DNA of 64,000 bases from NCBI GenBank assembly GCA_904063045.1, contig CAJFCJ010000012.1, positions 2,351,180-2,415,179 of the forward strand, in the 5' to 3' direction. The position numbers were made by a program, and so were the translations under genes. This document shows, piece by piece, positions 38,893 to 52,114 of the stretch. The DNA is from Dimorphilus gyrociliatus. Lineage: Eukaryota; Animalia; Annelida. The first letter of the stretch is position 1, and each line of letters opens with the position of its first letter. The notes below the pieces were generated by a model. The model worked only from the letters and a program-made list of their open reading frames with translations. It searched no databases and was not told where the DNA came from.

Positions 38893-39942
38893 TTATCTTC
38901 TTTTTTCATGTCCATTTCGCTCATTTTTCGATTTCTTTAACACATCTTCCTTAAGGAGCCTCGAAAACAGTACTCCATTCATTATCATAACTATTATAAA
39001 CGTTGTCACCGCTAGCCACCAGAATACAATTGGAACTTTATTTCTATAAATTACTAGACCAAATGGAACAGATAGTAGAAAACCAAATCGGAAAATGATG
39101 AATGTTGCAAAATTTAAATAAAGATTGAGCTTATAAATTGTAGATTGTTGAGGTGTGGCATTAAAGCGCATTAATTTTCTCTTATGAAGAAAAATTGAAT
39201 TGACTTCCGGGGCTATAACGATAATGCTGTACGCAATGCAGTTGCTATAGTACAGATTATAGAAGAATGCAACGGATATCTGTTTAAAAATTGTAATAAG
39301 TCACCAAACTGTATGATAAAACATGCTATATTGTTATAAATAGTATATATAAATATTATCTGCTTACCACTGTATGGTGGATAGATAACTCCCATAATCT
39401 TAAGGCTTTACCATTGATCAACATATCCCAAAAGTCGTAGGAAAAATATCCTATTGAAAAGGTTGTTTTAATAAGATATAAGATTCAGAAAGACGATAAA
39501 GATTATCAATAGAGTCAAATCATAAGTACAAAGTATTCTTATATTGAATATATATATATATATGTATATATGTATGCTTATTTACCTGTTGAAAAGGCAA
39601 TATGCAAGTAGCATGGTAAAGATCGATAATTGAGTAAGTCATTAAATAGTTGGGGCTGTAAAAAGTACCTATGTAAAAAATGAGATAAAAAATCAATAAT
39701 ACATTTATATTATGAAGGAAAAGACAAGAGTATAATATTACTTACAGTAAAATATTCCAAATTCCTGCAATGGTTGCGTGTATAAAAGAAATATAAATGT
39801 TCTTCCACCTCCAAAACGTTACGTCTTCTCGAACTTGTCTGGGCTTTCCTCTTAGTTTTAGCAAGTAGTTTATTGATAAGAAGAATAGGAAAGAAACCCC
39901 AACGCTTAAGAAGCTATATAATTTTGGATAAGGTTGATCCAT
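38893..39942 (-). CDS. TLC-domain membrane protein (TLCD1/TLCD2/calfacilitin-like)
   Basis: Four exons: WRWKNIYISFIHA, FSTGYFSYDFWDML...IHHTV, PEVNSIFLHKRKLM and YKLNLYLNFATFIIFRF. Confidence 0.82.
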
Positions 39943-40273
39943 CTGTAGACTATAATCTCAAATGCAGTCAGTCAGTATATCTAATTTTTAAGAATGTAAT
40001 AGATGGGGCATGACTGAACTTCATTCTAGAAGTGTCGCATAAAATTCGTTCTAATTTAGGTCTTTTTATTCTTATTCTCTCCTAAGCAAAGAAACTATCT
40101 TCTTCTCATCAATTTATTTAAAACAAATGCAATATTTCTAAATAAATTATATTCAATGAATTATTAAAAATAGCAACAATAATAAAATATTTGTAAATAC
40201 TTCGATATAGAATATACCTTCTATTGGCCTATACTGTAAATTCATTGTATTGAAAAATGTTGCAAGACCGTGA

Positions 40274-40293
40274 TTTTGGTCACGTGATCAAAA
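40274..40293. promoter_or_regulatory. Near-palindromic E-box TTTTGGTCACGTGATCAAAA in the TLCD/BTB divergent promoter
   Basis: 20-bp palindrome with one mismatched pair around CACGTG, between two head-to-head genes. Confidence 0.4.
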
Positions 40294-40492
40294 CAATATG
40301 GCGTTTGTTATTGTAGTATACTACAGCTGTTTTCCTGCATTTACTCTGTAATTTTCTAGTAGTTAACTAATAGTTTCATAAAATAATTTATTTATGAAAC
40401 ATTTTTTACAATTTATCGATCAAGAATATTTAAAAAAAGACATTTAGAAGGCGATACTCGGAGAAAATTATACTGCTTGGCAATCATCCAGA

Positions 40493-41983
40493 ATGTCGAA
40501 ATCGGAGGATGTATCCTTACAGGAACCGAGATCAAGACAAACCTCGGGAGACTATGATCCATCGGGTAAATAATCTAATACAATTAAAATATTTCACTAA
40601 AGACTAACTAAATAAAAGAAAAACAACAACGTAAGAGTGCATATACAGTACAAAACATGAGTAACTGAGAGAAAGAGAGAAAGACTAAACCAAACAAAGG
40701 CGTCTTTTTTCTTTTTCAGACGACAAAGCGTCTAATCACATACTTTCATATTTAACTTTTCACTATAAAGGGTAATTACCATAAAATAACTCTTTTTATA
40801 TTTTATATTCATGCATTATTCAACTCCACATCTACGTCTTATAAATACAAAACTAAGCCTAGATATAAACATATATGCGTAATTTTTAAACGGCCTACAT
40901 TATAAATAATACAGGTGTTACTTGGTAAAAATAAATAACATTCTAAATTTTCTTTTATCATTTCAACCATTCAATCATCTATAAATAGAATATATAAAAA
41001 AAAACAAAGCTATTCTCTATTGTAATTATTTCATTTTCGGAGGAATTCAACAATTATAGGCCTATTATATATTATTATATTGACAAACAATTTAATTGAC
41101 TAACTAATTAAATTATATTTACTGTATATGTGTGTTTTGTTATATTCTATGTATTGTTTATAGACGGCGGCGAAGACATTGATCTAAATGATTTTACACA
41201 ACCCGACGAACTATCTTCGGTTATATTGCTCGTTGAAGATCAAAAACTATATTTACATAAGGAAGTGCTGTCGGTTTGGTCTCCCGTTTTCAAGTCGATG
41301 TTCACTAGAAACTTTAAAGAAAAAGCTATGAAAGAAATTGAACTTCCCGATAAAAAGATGGACGATTTTGTTGAATTACTACATTGCTTATATCCTCCAA
41401 TTAAGGCTGTTACTGGTTAATTTTCTAATATTTCCATATATTTACCATTATATACATTTATTATACATTCTAAAAATATCTTTTTATAGATTCTAACGTT
41501 AATCAACTGCTACCTTTGGCGGAAGAATATCAAATTAACGAGGTTAAAAGGAAATGCGAAGAGCATCTTTTGAAAGGACCCTGCTCTATGGAATTGCTAA
41601 TAACGGCTCAGGTCTACAATTTAGAACAACTTCTACAAAAATGTATAAAATTTGCACGCAATAAATGCTATAGTGATTTACAAAAGGATCCCCATTTTGA
41701 AAGTATTGAACCTGGCAATCTAATAAGAATTCTACAATTAAGGGTACAAGATTTAGAAGAGAAATTAACAAATACGAGAAAGAATGTCTCGGAGAGAGAT
41801 TCTCGACTCTACGGTTACATAAATGAACTGGGCTCTCAATATGGCAACTTTTGTCAAGATTGTAAGACAAGAAAAGTTAACGATTCCTGTTTCAGTTGCT
41901 TAAAAATGTTTAGGGAAAAGGTAAAGCAGAAAGTGGAAGAAGCTAAAATTGTAAGAAATCATTATCCTCGGATAGACATCTAA
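40493..41983 (+). CDS. BTB/POZ-domain protein with a C-terminal coiled coil and CxxC...CxxC
   Basis: Three exons: MSKSEDVSLQEPRSRQTSGDYDPS | DGGEDID...VILLVEDQKLYLHKEVLSVWSPVFKSMFTRNFKEK...FVELLHCLYPP | DSNVNQLLPLAEEYQINEVKRKCE. Confidence 0.85.
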
Positions 41984-42231
41984 ATACGAAAAGTTCAATG
42001 CCAAAACAGTACAGAATGTCTTATATTTTGTCCTATTTTCCAATTCCCCCTTTTATTCGGACAGCATTTAAACCACTCTTTTACTCTCAAACCTAAGACT
42101 ATTGATGCTAAAAACAATAATTATGATTTTTTTTGAATTATCTACTCAGTATTAAAAAACTGGTACCCGGAGAAGAAAACTGCTCTCTTCTCCGTCCTCC
42201 TCTTTTTTCTCTTCCTCTTCTTCCTCTCCTC

Positions 42232-42259
42232 CTTCTTCTTCTTCTTCTTCTTCTTCTTC
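42232..42259 (+). repeat. (CTT)n trinucleotide repeat within a CT-rich tract
   Basis: About nine CTT units. Confidence 0.9.
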
Positions 42260-43009
42260 ATCGTCTACGTATTAAACTCTCCGCTCTTCCAACAGATCTA
42301 CGGCAAGTTTTCTATTTGTATAGAAGAAGAAAATATTAATCAAATGATTTCCTATCGACTTTTAATATGTTGAAATGCATTTATAAATAATCCCGTAATT
42401 GTTTAACTAATCTTAATTTTATATTTTTTTGTTTCCAAGGTGATATTGGAAACAAAAAAAGGCAAATTTAGTAAAATTTTGTGAAAAGGGAAGGGAGATC
42501 TGCTATTTTATTATTGTAGCATGATGATTGATTAATTGATTTATGACAAATATTTTAATCGAGACTTGTAAATGTTCTCAATATTTTTACAATTTAGCTA
42601 GAAATAGAGAAGAATATCCTCTTATACACAGAATATTCATAATCCGATTCTCAATGAAACAATCGCTTTACTGAATATATACACTTATATGCGTTTATCG
42701 TGAAATTTCAATGCAAATTCTCTCTAGTAATATGGTAAATATATAGCGTATACAATATGTTTATACAGTATATATTGTATTTATGTTATGTATCGTATAT
42801 ATAATCTCTTTGAATATGATTCAAATATCGTAATACATACGACATGTTCTTCGTTTATGCGATTCCTTTATTATTGAATAGAAACTTAACTAAAATGGTG
42901 AAAGAGAAGGGAAATTCTCACTGAAAAATGTCCGTATTTTGAAAATAATTGTAAACAAAGAATAAAAACAATACCATATTGTTTGAAATAGAACCTCCGA
43001 AGAAAAACA

Positions 43010-43300
43010 ATGGAGAAGAACATCCCAGGTCTTTCAACCTCAGATAAGAAGCCAAGTTTAGATAGTGTTGATTCGAAAACTTGTCTTTGGTTATTTAAGG
43101 AAATAGATAAAGATAAAAACGGTTATATTGATACAAATGAATTAGGTGATGCTATGAATCGTCTTATGACTATTACGGACGTCGATGTTAAAGTGATGAT
43201 GGATTATGCGGATAAGAATAAAGATCATAGATTATCATTTCCAGAGTTTAAAGGCGTAATTGAAGACATCAAACAAATTCGATCCAAGAAAGATAGATAA
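43010..43300 (+). CDS. Small two-EF-hand calcium-binding protein
   Basis: Canonical loops DKDKNGYIDTNE and DKNKDHRLSFPE. An upstream exon is possible (AG acceptor just before the ATG region). Confidence 0.8.
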   Translation: MEKNIPGLSTSDKKPSLDSVDSKTCLWLFKEIDKDKNGYIDTNELGDAMNRLMTITDVDVKVMMDYADKNKDHRLSFPEFKGVIEDIKQIRSKKDR

Positions 43301-43396
43301 ATCAATCGTTGTATTACTTAAACAAAAAGAATTCACAGAAAATTTTTTTACGACAAAAAGGCCATGATTTTTTCAATTTCTTCAATTTCCAGGTCT

Positions 43397-46300
43397 TTAT
43401 AAAAGGTCCATTATCTGCAATAAACAACAGTAATAATAATAGTAATAAGTTGTATATATATATATATATTTATGTATATGTATTAATATATCTATTGATC
43501 TGTACCCACCGGATTGCCATGTACGTCTTCTAGGTCTATGATATACTTATCGTCTTTACATTCTAAAACAACTGCCATAATAGTCTCCGTTTGTGCTATT
43601 GTTCTAAACTTTTCCTTTTCCGATGGACTCATGTTCATGTTTTCACAATTCCTAAGGGTAAACTTCAAAGCAGTCGGTGGAAGGTCTTCAATGAAACGCT
43701 TCTCTGGAATGGCTCTCAATTCTTCGCCGACCAATTGATCGGATTCGTTACCGAAGTCTAGAAATCTCACTTGAAATAGTGTATTTTCTTCAACCGACGT
43801 AACTACTGCTCTATAATACAAGTTATCATCAGGGTTGATTGCAAACACTAAATCACCAATTTGAATTTCTCCCTCAATTTTATAATTGTCGTCATCTTTT
43901 GAGAATAGTTCATTAGCTTCGTTTTGTAACGATACTAGTGCCGAAGCTATTTCGGGGCAGATAACTTGAGCTGTAAAATTTGAAGGATCGTTGAATTCGT
44001 AAATGATTACTCTAACAACAGTTCCATCGCAAAGTTCTAATTTCTTCAATTCTATATCTTTACATTTACAACTATTTGTTGCAGCAGATTTCGAAATAGC
44101 TTCTTTTGCGTCCTCTTCATTTGCCCAAGAGGCCAACTTAAAGTTGACTAGTGATTGTCGAAGACTCATTCCTTCAATAAACACATCTACAAATGCAAAA
44201 TCGCCAATAATTTCGGTGGCTTCAACGGAAACTAATTGTCTTGACACTAAACCCTGCAAAATAAGGATGTCAACTTATACATTTATATAATCATTGCAAT
44301 ATATAATATACTGTATTTAATGTTACCTTAAATGTCTTACAAGCTTCTGCTGACCATTTGTCTCCTTTCGATTCAATTCCGTATAGACTACAATGAACTG
44401 CCAAAGGTGGTATACATCTTAATATTTCCGGCATCATTTTAACATCTTCAGTATTGACTTGACATTTCCCTCCAATATCAAGATTTCTAACTGTAACTTT
44501 CGACTCGTTTACTTCAACTACTTTAGCCCTTTGCCATTTATTATGGCGCTTGACTAAAACAAGCATATCACGCTTTGGTTGAGGAAATGAACCAAGCTTC
44601 TCCGCTAGTTCTCTTGACCTTTCCTCTAGCTTTTGATTTATTTCTTTATTATCGTCGAGTTGAAAATAGAATGAATTGGGGTCATCCGCAACAATTATTT
44701 GCCCAAGAACTTGTTGATTTACAGGCAGTTTCACTGCAATGATCTTGTCTCTGTAGCCTGAATTCGTTTTATAATCTCCATTTCGATATCTTCTTCTATC
44801 ATCTGGAGCTCTGTTGGCCAATAGTTTTGCAGCTAATTTCTTTGAACGTATATAATCGACATCTAATGCTTTAATTGATTGACTTAGCAAGTCTTCTGAA
44901 TTATCTTCTCTATCTTCTTTTTTAATCGACCTCACCTTTGCTTCGCCAACGGAGTCAACAGTTGAGTTTATTTTCGTCGGACTTGAAGATGCTCTTTTTT
45001 CGTTGTCATTTGCAAATTTTTCTTCAATGTTACTTAATCTTTTCGATTCAGCTAATGGAGTTTTAGAACAACCAATAGCTCCAGTTACTTTCTGCTTTAA
45101 CACCTTTAAGGTATCATCATCCTGAAGGTTCAATGAGATATTCCTTTCATGGTAAACTTCGCTAACAGGTTTTAATAGAGTTTTATGATCGTAGCCTTTA
45201 AGACAATAGCCAGCAGTCAACTTCAAATCCATAAATTCAAACTTTTTGATGTCCTTTCTCGAATAGATATTGTGATTTTTCATGTCTTTTCGATTAACTG
45301 GCATAGCTGTTAAAGTATCAAAATAACCACTTTGCCCACCTTTCTTCTGTATATTTCGTATAGCGTTCATTTTATAATATACCGACGACTGCTTTAGTTT
45401 GATTAAGTCGGGTGTGAGATCTTCATCAGGTACTTCTTGAGCGCAAATTGAACTTTTATTAGTTCTATAGCCAAAGAGTATAGTTGGACAGTTAATTCCT
45501 GTAGAACATGTACCAATAAGTTCAACGAAAGCGACGTAAATTGGACATTTCGTAAATGAGGGATGAAGTTCATGTACTCCTTCAACGAGATTTTCAGATA
45601 TATAATATACAATATCTATACAAAAGTAATAATTTTGATGTTTTTCGGCTCTCATCCATTCTCCATTAAAGCAAATAGCCACAATCTCATTTAATTCTGG
45701 TTCATAGTCGGTAGTTAACGTTAGCTTGTTGTAGAAATCATTCATCTCTGAGAATAGCCTATTTAATTTATTATTTCCCAATATGCACAAAAGTTTAACT
45801 GATCGATTTTTGTAAATACCAATTACATTAACAAAGACAGCCTTATTTGGTTCGGGAAATTTAACTCCTGAATACTTATCGTATATAGATTTTAGAAAGC
45901 TAAAGTCTTCTTTTTTCATCTTATCACCAATTGTTACGGTTATTGTTTCTTCGAACGTAGTATCTACAATTTTATTATCATTTTGATCAACGGTAATCTT
46001 CCTTCCAGATGCAATAGAACTGTCTAAACTCTTTGCTACATCGTCTTTCTTCTCGAGAGTTTTTCCTTTCTCTCTATCTTCTTCGTTGTTCTTACTGAGG
46101 AATCGGATATCCTCGTACTTTTCTTTATCACTAGGAATCGATTTTCTTAACGGTATATCTTTAAGTGGGCTGATTTTATTCTTCAGTTCAGAAATGTCAC
46201 CTTGATCGGATGTTAACATTCTGTCATTTCGATTGTCGGTAGTATCTTCATCGAACGATTCTTGCTTCGAATGTTCATTTTGAAATTTCTTTAAAGCAAT

Positions 46301-48169
46301 TGACGGTGATTTCTCTCTTAAATATTCATTTTCTAGTTTTGAAAATTTCTTTCCAGTGACAACTTCATTGTCACAAGCTGTTGAATTTTCAGTCACATAT
46401 TTCTTAATACGAGACAAAACATCATTTAATCTGGAATCTCTAGCGCTAAGCTTTCTAGTCTTTTCATCGGCAATCGTTAAGTTTTCTTCAGGTGTATCTT
46501 TTACGGATACAGATAGAGTTCTATCGTAAAGTTTTCTAGCATCTCTTGGATATATTCTCGAGCCGTGCTTAAATCTTCTCACTGCACTCTGACATAGCAA
46601 CTCCAATTCGATTTCGGCTCCTGAGAATTCCTTGGTAAATATTTCGATAGATTCTGCCAAAAAATGATCTTCTAAATGGAAGAGTTGAGCTTGAGGAGGG
46701 CAAAGATATTCACTTCCTTCCGGTAAGTGGCGAACGTCTACAACACTTTCTATCCAACCATAATCAACAAAAAAAGCCGATCTATCTTCCAAGATTTTTA
46801 CCCTATACCATTTGTTATCTGTAGCCCTTTTTGCTACTTTCAAACTGACAAAATGATTTTTTAGATAATGCTTTTCTAAATTATTCAAGAGATATTCCAA
46901 ATGTTCAACTTTTTCTCGGTTAAATTGAACGTAAAAGTGTTGAAAATCTCGAAAATAAGATATATGTCCCTTATGGAGACCGTAAGAAGGTATAAAGTTA
47001 GCCATTTTCTTTGAAACTAACCATTCGCATAAGCTATTGCCAATTAGTTCCGATTTAAAATCTACATAATTGACCCCTCGAGAGACTGCTTTAACTATCA
47101 TGTCGACTTCTTCGTCTCTTAGCAATTGTTCAAAGATAATATCATAAATGCATACCCAATTTGAGAGGACGCTTGTTAAAGATAGGCCGAATAGTTTACA
47201 TTGAACAGGTTGAATTTCCAAATCCAGCATACTTTCTTTCAAAGCGTATAAGTTTTTCGTAGTAATAATCTTACATATGTCAATTAAATGAACGATCCAA
47301 GTATCTTCACCAAGAACTTCAAGTACTTTGGCACGATACAATCTTCCTTTGTATTCTGTTAAGGCCACGTGAAAACGTTCGGCGCTTGGTAATTCTTGTT
47401 TATCGCATTTGATTCCCTCAATAACGTCCCTTCTCGTTTCGGCCAAATATACATAAATATCATCCTGACAACTGGACCATGATAAACAGCTTACGGCTAC
47501 TCCCTAAAACAATGAAAAAAGCATGAATTTCTTTGATTAGATAATCTTAATAACACATATATAAAATAGAAGAAAAGGAACAATGAAACCTACTTTTCTC
47601 AGTTCACCTTTATGTAAAGCTGTACGTGGAAAATCGTCAAATCTTGCAGTACCTTTATCCCTAATAAAATCTTTTGTTTCTTGAGCCTGCAATGCTTTTT
47701 GAGAATTTTCGTAATTTTTTTTTAATTCTTCATAAACCGGATCGAGTTCTCCTCCCTCTATATCCTCCTTATCCCTAACCCTATTCTTACTCTGAGCAAC
47801 TCGTACAGTCAAGATGTGTTGGCCAAGTTGTCTGTTGTTGAAAATGTGGCATGCTCTAGAGGCGATTCTCGTGGGGACGGTAACGAACGCTATATCCTTC
47901 ATATTTTTATCTTTAGTAGTTACAACATCTACGTGAATGTTTAATTCGTCTTGAAAGAGATTTTTAAGTCCAATTTTTTCGAGTTCAGGAGGAAAATTTG
48001 TTACAAAAAGTCTAGCATAATTTCCTTGAGTTTCGGCATTTCTCATATCTCGACCAATACCAGACTTGTAAGTATTTAATGTTTCATCATTAAAGTCAAC
48101 ATTCATTGGATTCCATTCGTCCAAAGGAGTTTTTGGGTGAAATTTTGACTTTCTTAATTGTCCGTCCAT
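43397..48169 (-). CDS. RRM plus five Tudor domain protein (germline/piRNA Tudor family-like)
   Basis: RRM (RLFVTNFPPEL...IAFVTV...FNNRQLGQHILTVRVAQ), intron 47593-47504, a ~3.2 kb exon with four extended Tudors, then an exon with a fifth Tudor (GDLVFAINPDDNLYYRAVV...VRFLDFGN). The last short exon IMDLL* is tentative; the alternative stop is at 43492. Confidence 0.8.
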
Positions 48170-49057
48170 TTTGGAATAAAGTTTAAACTTTTTTTTTTCC
48201 AATATGAAGTTTCTTGTTGACTTGAAATAATATAATGTATATTTTAAGTATTTTATGAACAATGTTTGAATAAGTTTATATAGAAAGTTAATAGTATAAG
48301 TAAATCATAATTGCTAACCTTTATAAAGCAGCGTGGAAAACCTTTTGAATATTACGACATGCTAAAGTAGGGTTAAGTATTCCCAAAAAATTTTCCGTTT
48401 CCGGTTTAAAAAATTGACTGGAGGTTATTAGTTCATAAACACGTTTAATTCACTATAAAAGCAAAATGATATATATTTATATGTATGCATGAATGTATAT
48501 GCGTGTATTTTTTAGCTACAAATTAAACTTAATATAAAAAAAAACAACTTTTTAATAATATTGACAATTTAATAAAGAAAAAAATATGGTTTCTTTCCTG
48601 TATTTTTTTTGTAGATAATTTAAACGGAGATAGAATTAAGGCATTAAATATCAAATATTATAAAGAGAAAGACACAAAAAATATCTTTATACGTTCGAAG
48701 ATAAGGAATAGACTAGAACACAGAAATAGAGAATTTTTATGTCTAAAGTTCTTTTTTTTATTTTTTATTTTGCTTTGTAAAAATCCGCAAAGGTAAACTA
48801 TATGTAAGCTAAAAATGTCTAATGAAATAAAAGATCATTTAATTTACTATTAATAGCTATATTTAATGGATTATAATGAATAATAATATTACGCGACAAA
48901 AACATTACAACCATTTTGCTCTTTGATTATGATTTGTCTTCTTTTTGTCCGACTTATTACATAAGATTAACAAAGAGAAGGTAACGCAATCGTCTCTCCT
49001 TTTAATTACGAATTTACGTTTCGACTGTTGCTTGCTAGTAACAATTTGACTTGAAAC

Positions 49058-50262
49058 TCATGGGTGAGAAGTGATTGTGAGTGAAGCTGATGCGTAGCTT
49101 ACTGATGAGTCTTTCATATTTCTACACTGACTTGATTGAGCGTATTTAGTAAACTTCAAAGATAACTCATGCCCGTTAACTTGTCCTAAAGCATACACCG
49201 AGTTAAGCAAAATTCCTATTGGATGACGTCCACATATAGTGTTGTTGTACTTCTTGAGGTAATCGCTAAAAGCCGGTGGATCCAGTTTTTCAATAAGATC
49301 CATAGCCTTAAATGATACATAATTCATCAGAGTTTAGTGAATAGATAATATAATATAGCAAGAATATACAAACAGTTCTATCCAGAGCTTCGATGCTTTG
49401 CCATATTTCACCTTTGGACTTATCATAATGCTTATAATTAAATCTATCACCCCAATGGCAAAAGTCTGAACTAATCACGAAAAAGTTTTCTGGATCAGCG
49501 AGATAGTTAGCGAATAGTTCGCCGTATTCCTTCTCTTTTTGAGTTGAGAGTGAACCGACGAGCACCGGTACAATTTTAAATTTTCCTTGTTTAGCAGACA
49601 TCACTTTGGCTATATATGGAAGATGCATTTCCAAACTATGCTCATCTTCATCGGTATCTTGAGACATTCTCTCAAATTTTCCAGTTGCTAACAACTCATC
49701 ATTCATGTCCAAGTCAATGTCTAGATTGTATAGAGGCGTTTGATAATATTGAGCAGACGAAAGTGCACAACCCAAAAGGCGAACGTGGTGAGATGGACCA
49801 AGAATAAATATTCTCTTGCTGTTGATGGCACAAATATAATTAAGTTTACTATATTATTCAAGAAATTTACATTTTCTCTGGATTGACTTGTTTATAAGCA
49901 TGAGCCCCGCAAGCTCCGCAGTAGTAATAGCCAGCGTGTCTGGAATGAAAAAAATAGAAAAAATTCTTCTCTGAAAATTCTCAATAAATCATATGTTTCT
50001 TTCTTACGGAGCTATTATTGCCCTTGCCGGATGATGAACTTTACCAGCTTTCGACAACCAATCACCAAGTTGATTATTCAATTCATCACCTGTATGCAAA
50101 CATTTAATTAACAACTTACCATTTTTGAATAATGAATCATCAAATATAAAATAAAAGACAAAACCTACGGATTTTTTATTTAAAAAGTTATTTATGCTAA
50201 AGAAACTTACGATTATTAGAATACCAACTACCAGCATGCGAAGCTCTTCTTGTTCTCGACAT
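49058..50262 (-). CDS. MEMO1: Protein MEMO1
   Basis: [55 protein letters not shown] and NTICGRHPI...SSVSYAS. Confidence 0.96.
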
Positions 50263-50643
50263 TTCTGACCCTATTTTTGGTATTTTTCGAGCTAAGATAA
50301 AAAAACAAAGAAATGTTTTTGAGTGAAAAACGATGTTACTTAATATGGCACCTGGTCTGGACTAGGGCCCAGGCACGTACATTTATCGAAGGGGAGCACC
50401 TATTGGTAGTACGAAAATAATTTCCATTATTTTTATGATTTTTGACGGAAAAGAGAAATTTCATTATTACTCTATGAAAAGAAATTAAATTAGCATTTTT
50501 ATGCTGTTAATATGAATTTTCTGTGCTTGATCTAAAATCAGCTGTTCCTCAAAATACGAATGTCCGTATAAGGTTAGGCATAGTTCGCCATTTTTATATT
50601 CGTTATAAATTACATTGGACGAAATTTCTGAATTTAAGGTTAG

Positions 50644-50655
50644 TATCACGTGATA
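50644..50655. promoter_or_regulatory. Perfect 12-bp E-box palindrome TATCACGTGATA in the MEMO1/SYAP1 divergent promoter
   Basis: Exact palindrome about 105 nt upstream of the SYAP1 ATG. Confidence 0.4.
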
Positions 50656-50759
50656 AAAACATTACGACATTTTGTGACTTATCTCACCAAAAAAAACCAG
50701 ATTTTCTACTTTTTTCTCAAATAAATTGACTTTATAGTTGTACCTTTTGAAGCTTAAAG

Positions 50760-51794
50760 ATGTTTCAAAATTGGTCAAACTTAACTAAGAACGTGTCGGG
50801 TTGGTTAGGGGCAACAAGAGGAGACGAGTCCGATACTGAAGTTATCAAGGTTGGTGACGCAACGATTCCTGAAAATGATACTGAAAAAGCAAAGGAACGA
50901 TCAACCCCTGATGTAGAAGAAGCAAAAGAGACTACAGAAGAGACAGGCGAAGCGCCTGGAATTTCTGAACAACTGGAGGAAGTCTCTGCAAAAGCAATAA
51001 ATTCTGCAAAGGAATGGGGTAGTTATCTTATGACAGTTGGAAAAATGGTTACCGATAAGGCTGCTGCAACTGCTAAGAATGTTAAGAGCACAGTGGAAGA
51101 GAAAACGATTATCGGAGATTTTGAAAAAGAACAGGAAAAGTTTGTAACTGAAAATAAAGAACGAACCAGTAAGTCGGAAGTAGCTGTTCCTCCATGGATA
51201 GGGTTTAACGAGGAGGAGCAAATGAAATCTCAAATCCTAGCCTTATCCAGCGATAAGAGAAACTTTGTTAGAAACCCTCCTTCTGGTGTTCAATTTGAAT
51301 TTGATTTTAGCACTTCATACCCAGTTGCCATGGCCATGTTACAGGAAGACCAAAAGTTAAATAAAATGCGATTTGAACTGGTCCCTAAACACGTTAAAGA
51401 GGAAGTATTCTGGAGAAATTACTTTTACAGGGTATCTCTTATCAAACAGAGTGCTCAACTATCTAGTTTGGAACAGGAACGAGAAACCGAACAACCGATA
51501 CCAGAACCCAATTTGAAAAGTTCCACACAAGAGTTGTCTTCAAGTCCTACAGAGCACGAATTTATAAGCGATGACTATACAGAATCGTTAAATGAAGAAG
51601 AACTACGAAAAGATATGGAACAGCTTAAGGTTAATGAAAAGGAGGAAAAAGGTAAGGCAGCTCAAGTTGACGAAGAAGAACCAGAATGGGATCAACTAGC
51701 CGCCGAATTGCAAGAATACGAAATGGTTGCCGAGGCTGACGATGAAATCGATCAGGAATTATTGGACCAGATCGAAAAAGAGACGTCATCTTAA
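50760..51794 (+). CDS. SYAP1: Synapse-associated protein 1 (BSD domain), intronless CDS
   Basis: PPWIGFNEEE...QILALSSDKRNFVRNPPSGVQFEFD and LNKMRFELVPKHVKEEVFWRNYFYRVSLIKQS; acidic tail. Confidence 0.93.
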   Translation: MFQNWSNLTKNVSGWLGATRGDESDTEVIKVGDATIPENDTEKAKERSTPDVEEAKETTEETGEAPGISEQLEEVSAKAINSAKEWGSYLMTVGKMVTDKAAATAKNVKSTVEEKTIIGDFEKEQEKFVTENKERTSKSEVAVPPWIGFNEEEQMKSQILALSSDKRNFVRNPPSGVQFEFDFSTSYPVAMAMLQEDQKLNKMRFELVPKHVKEEVFWRNYFYRVSLIKQSAQLSSLEQERETEQPIPEPNLKSSTQELSSSPTEHEFISDDYTESLNEEELRKDMEQLKVNEKEEKGKAAQVDEEEPEWDQLAAELQEYEMVAEADDEIDQELLDQIEKETSS

Positions 51795-52088
51795 GAATCA
51801 GCTGATAAGCTCTGACAAAGACAGTAACTATTTAATTCTTCGATACTGTTTCTTTCTCTTTGGTTATATTGGTTCTATAAAAAGCAAACAAAAGGAAGCA
51901 ACAAACTCTCTTGATTGTTTAATGTATTCCAGTAGTCATATAGTCCATATACGACTACACCTTTTAGTTTCTTAATGCCTTAACTATGGTTCTTTTTATC
52001 TAAACATTTTCATGCTAAAAAGAGGTATATACATATATAGAGTATATATACATATACATATATATTAGTATATATACAGTATATACAG

Positions 52089-52114
52089 TATATATATATA
52101 TATATATATATATA
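52089..52114 (+). repeat. (TA)n microsatellite
   Basis: TA run in the SYAP1/YPEL5 3' region. Confidence 0.9.

Noticed and set aside
40511-40518. GTATCCTT resembling a U12 (minor) intron donor
   Set aside because: It lies inside a coherent BTB-gene exon 1 that already has a normal GTAAAT donor in the correct phase, and I found no matching U12 branch site.
42170-42290. Poly-Glu reading frame on the minus strand after a TAA (possible read-through)
   Set aside because: It is simply the translation of a (CTT)n/CT-rich microsatellite, with no ATG or linked gene.
47359-47503. Suspected frameshift or in-frame TGA between the RRM exon and the 1051-aa Tudor ORF
   Set aside because: On base-by-base re-reading, the phase-0 splice 47594 to 47503 is in frame (GVAVSCLSWSSCQDDIYVYLAET...). 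The ORF track merely starts at a later TTG.
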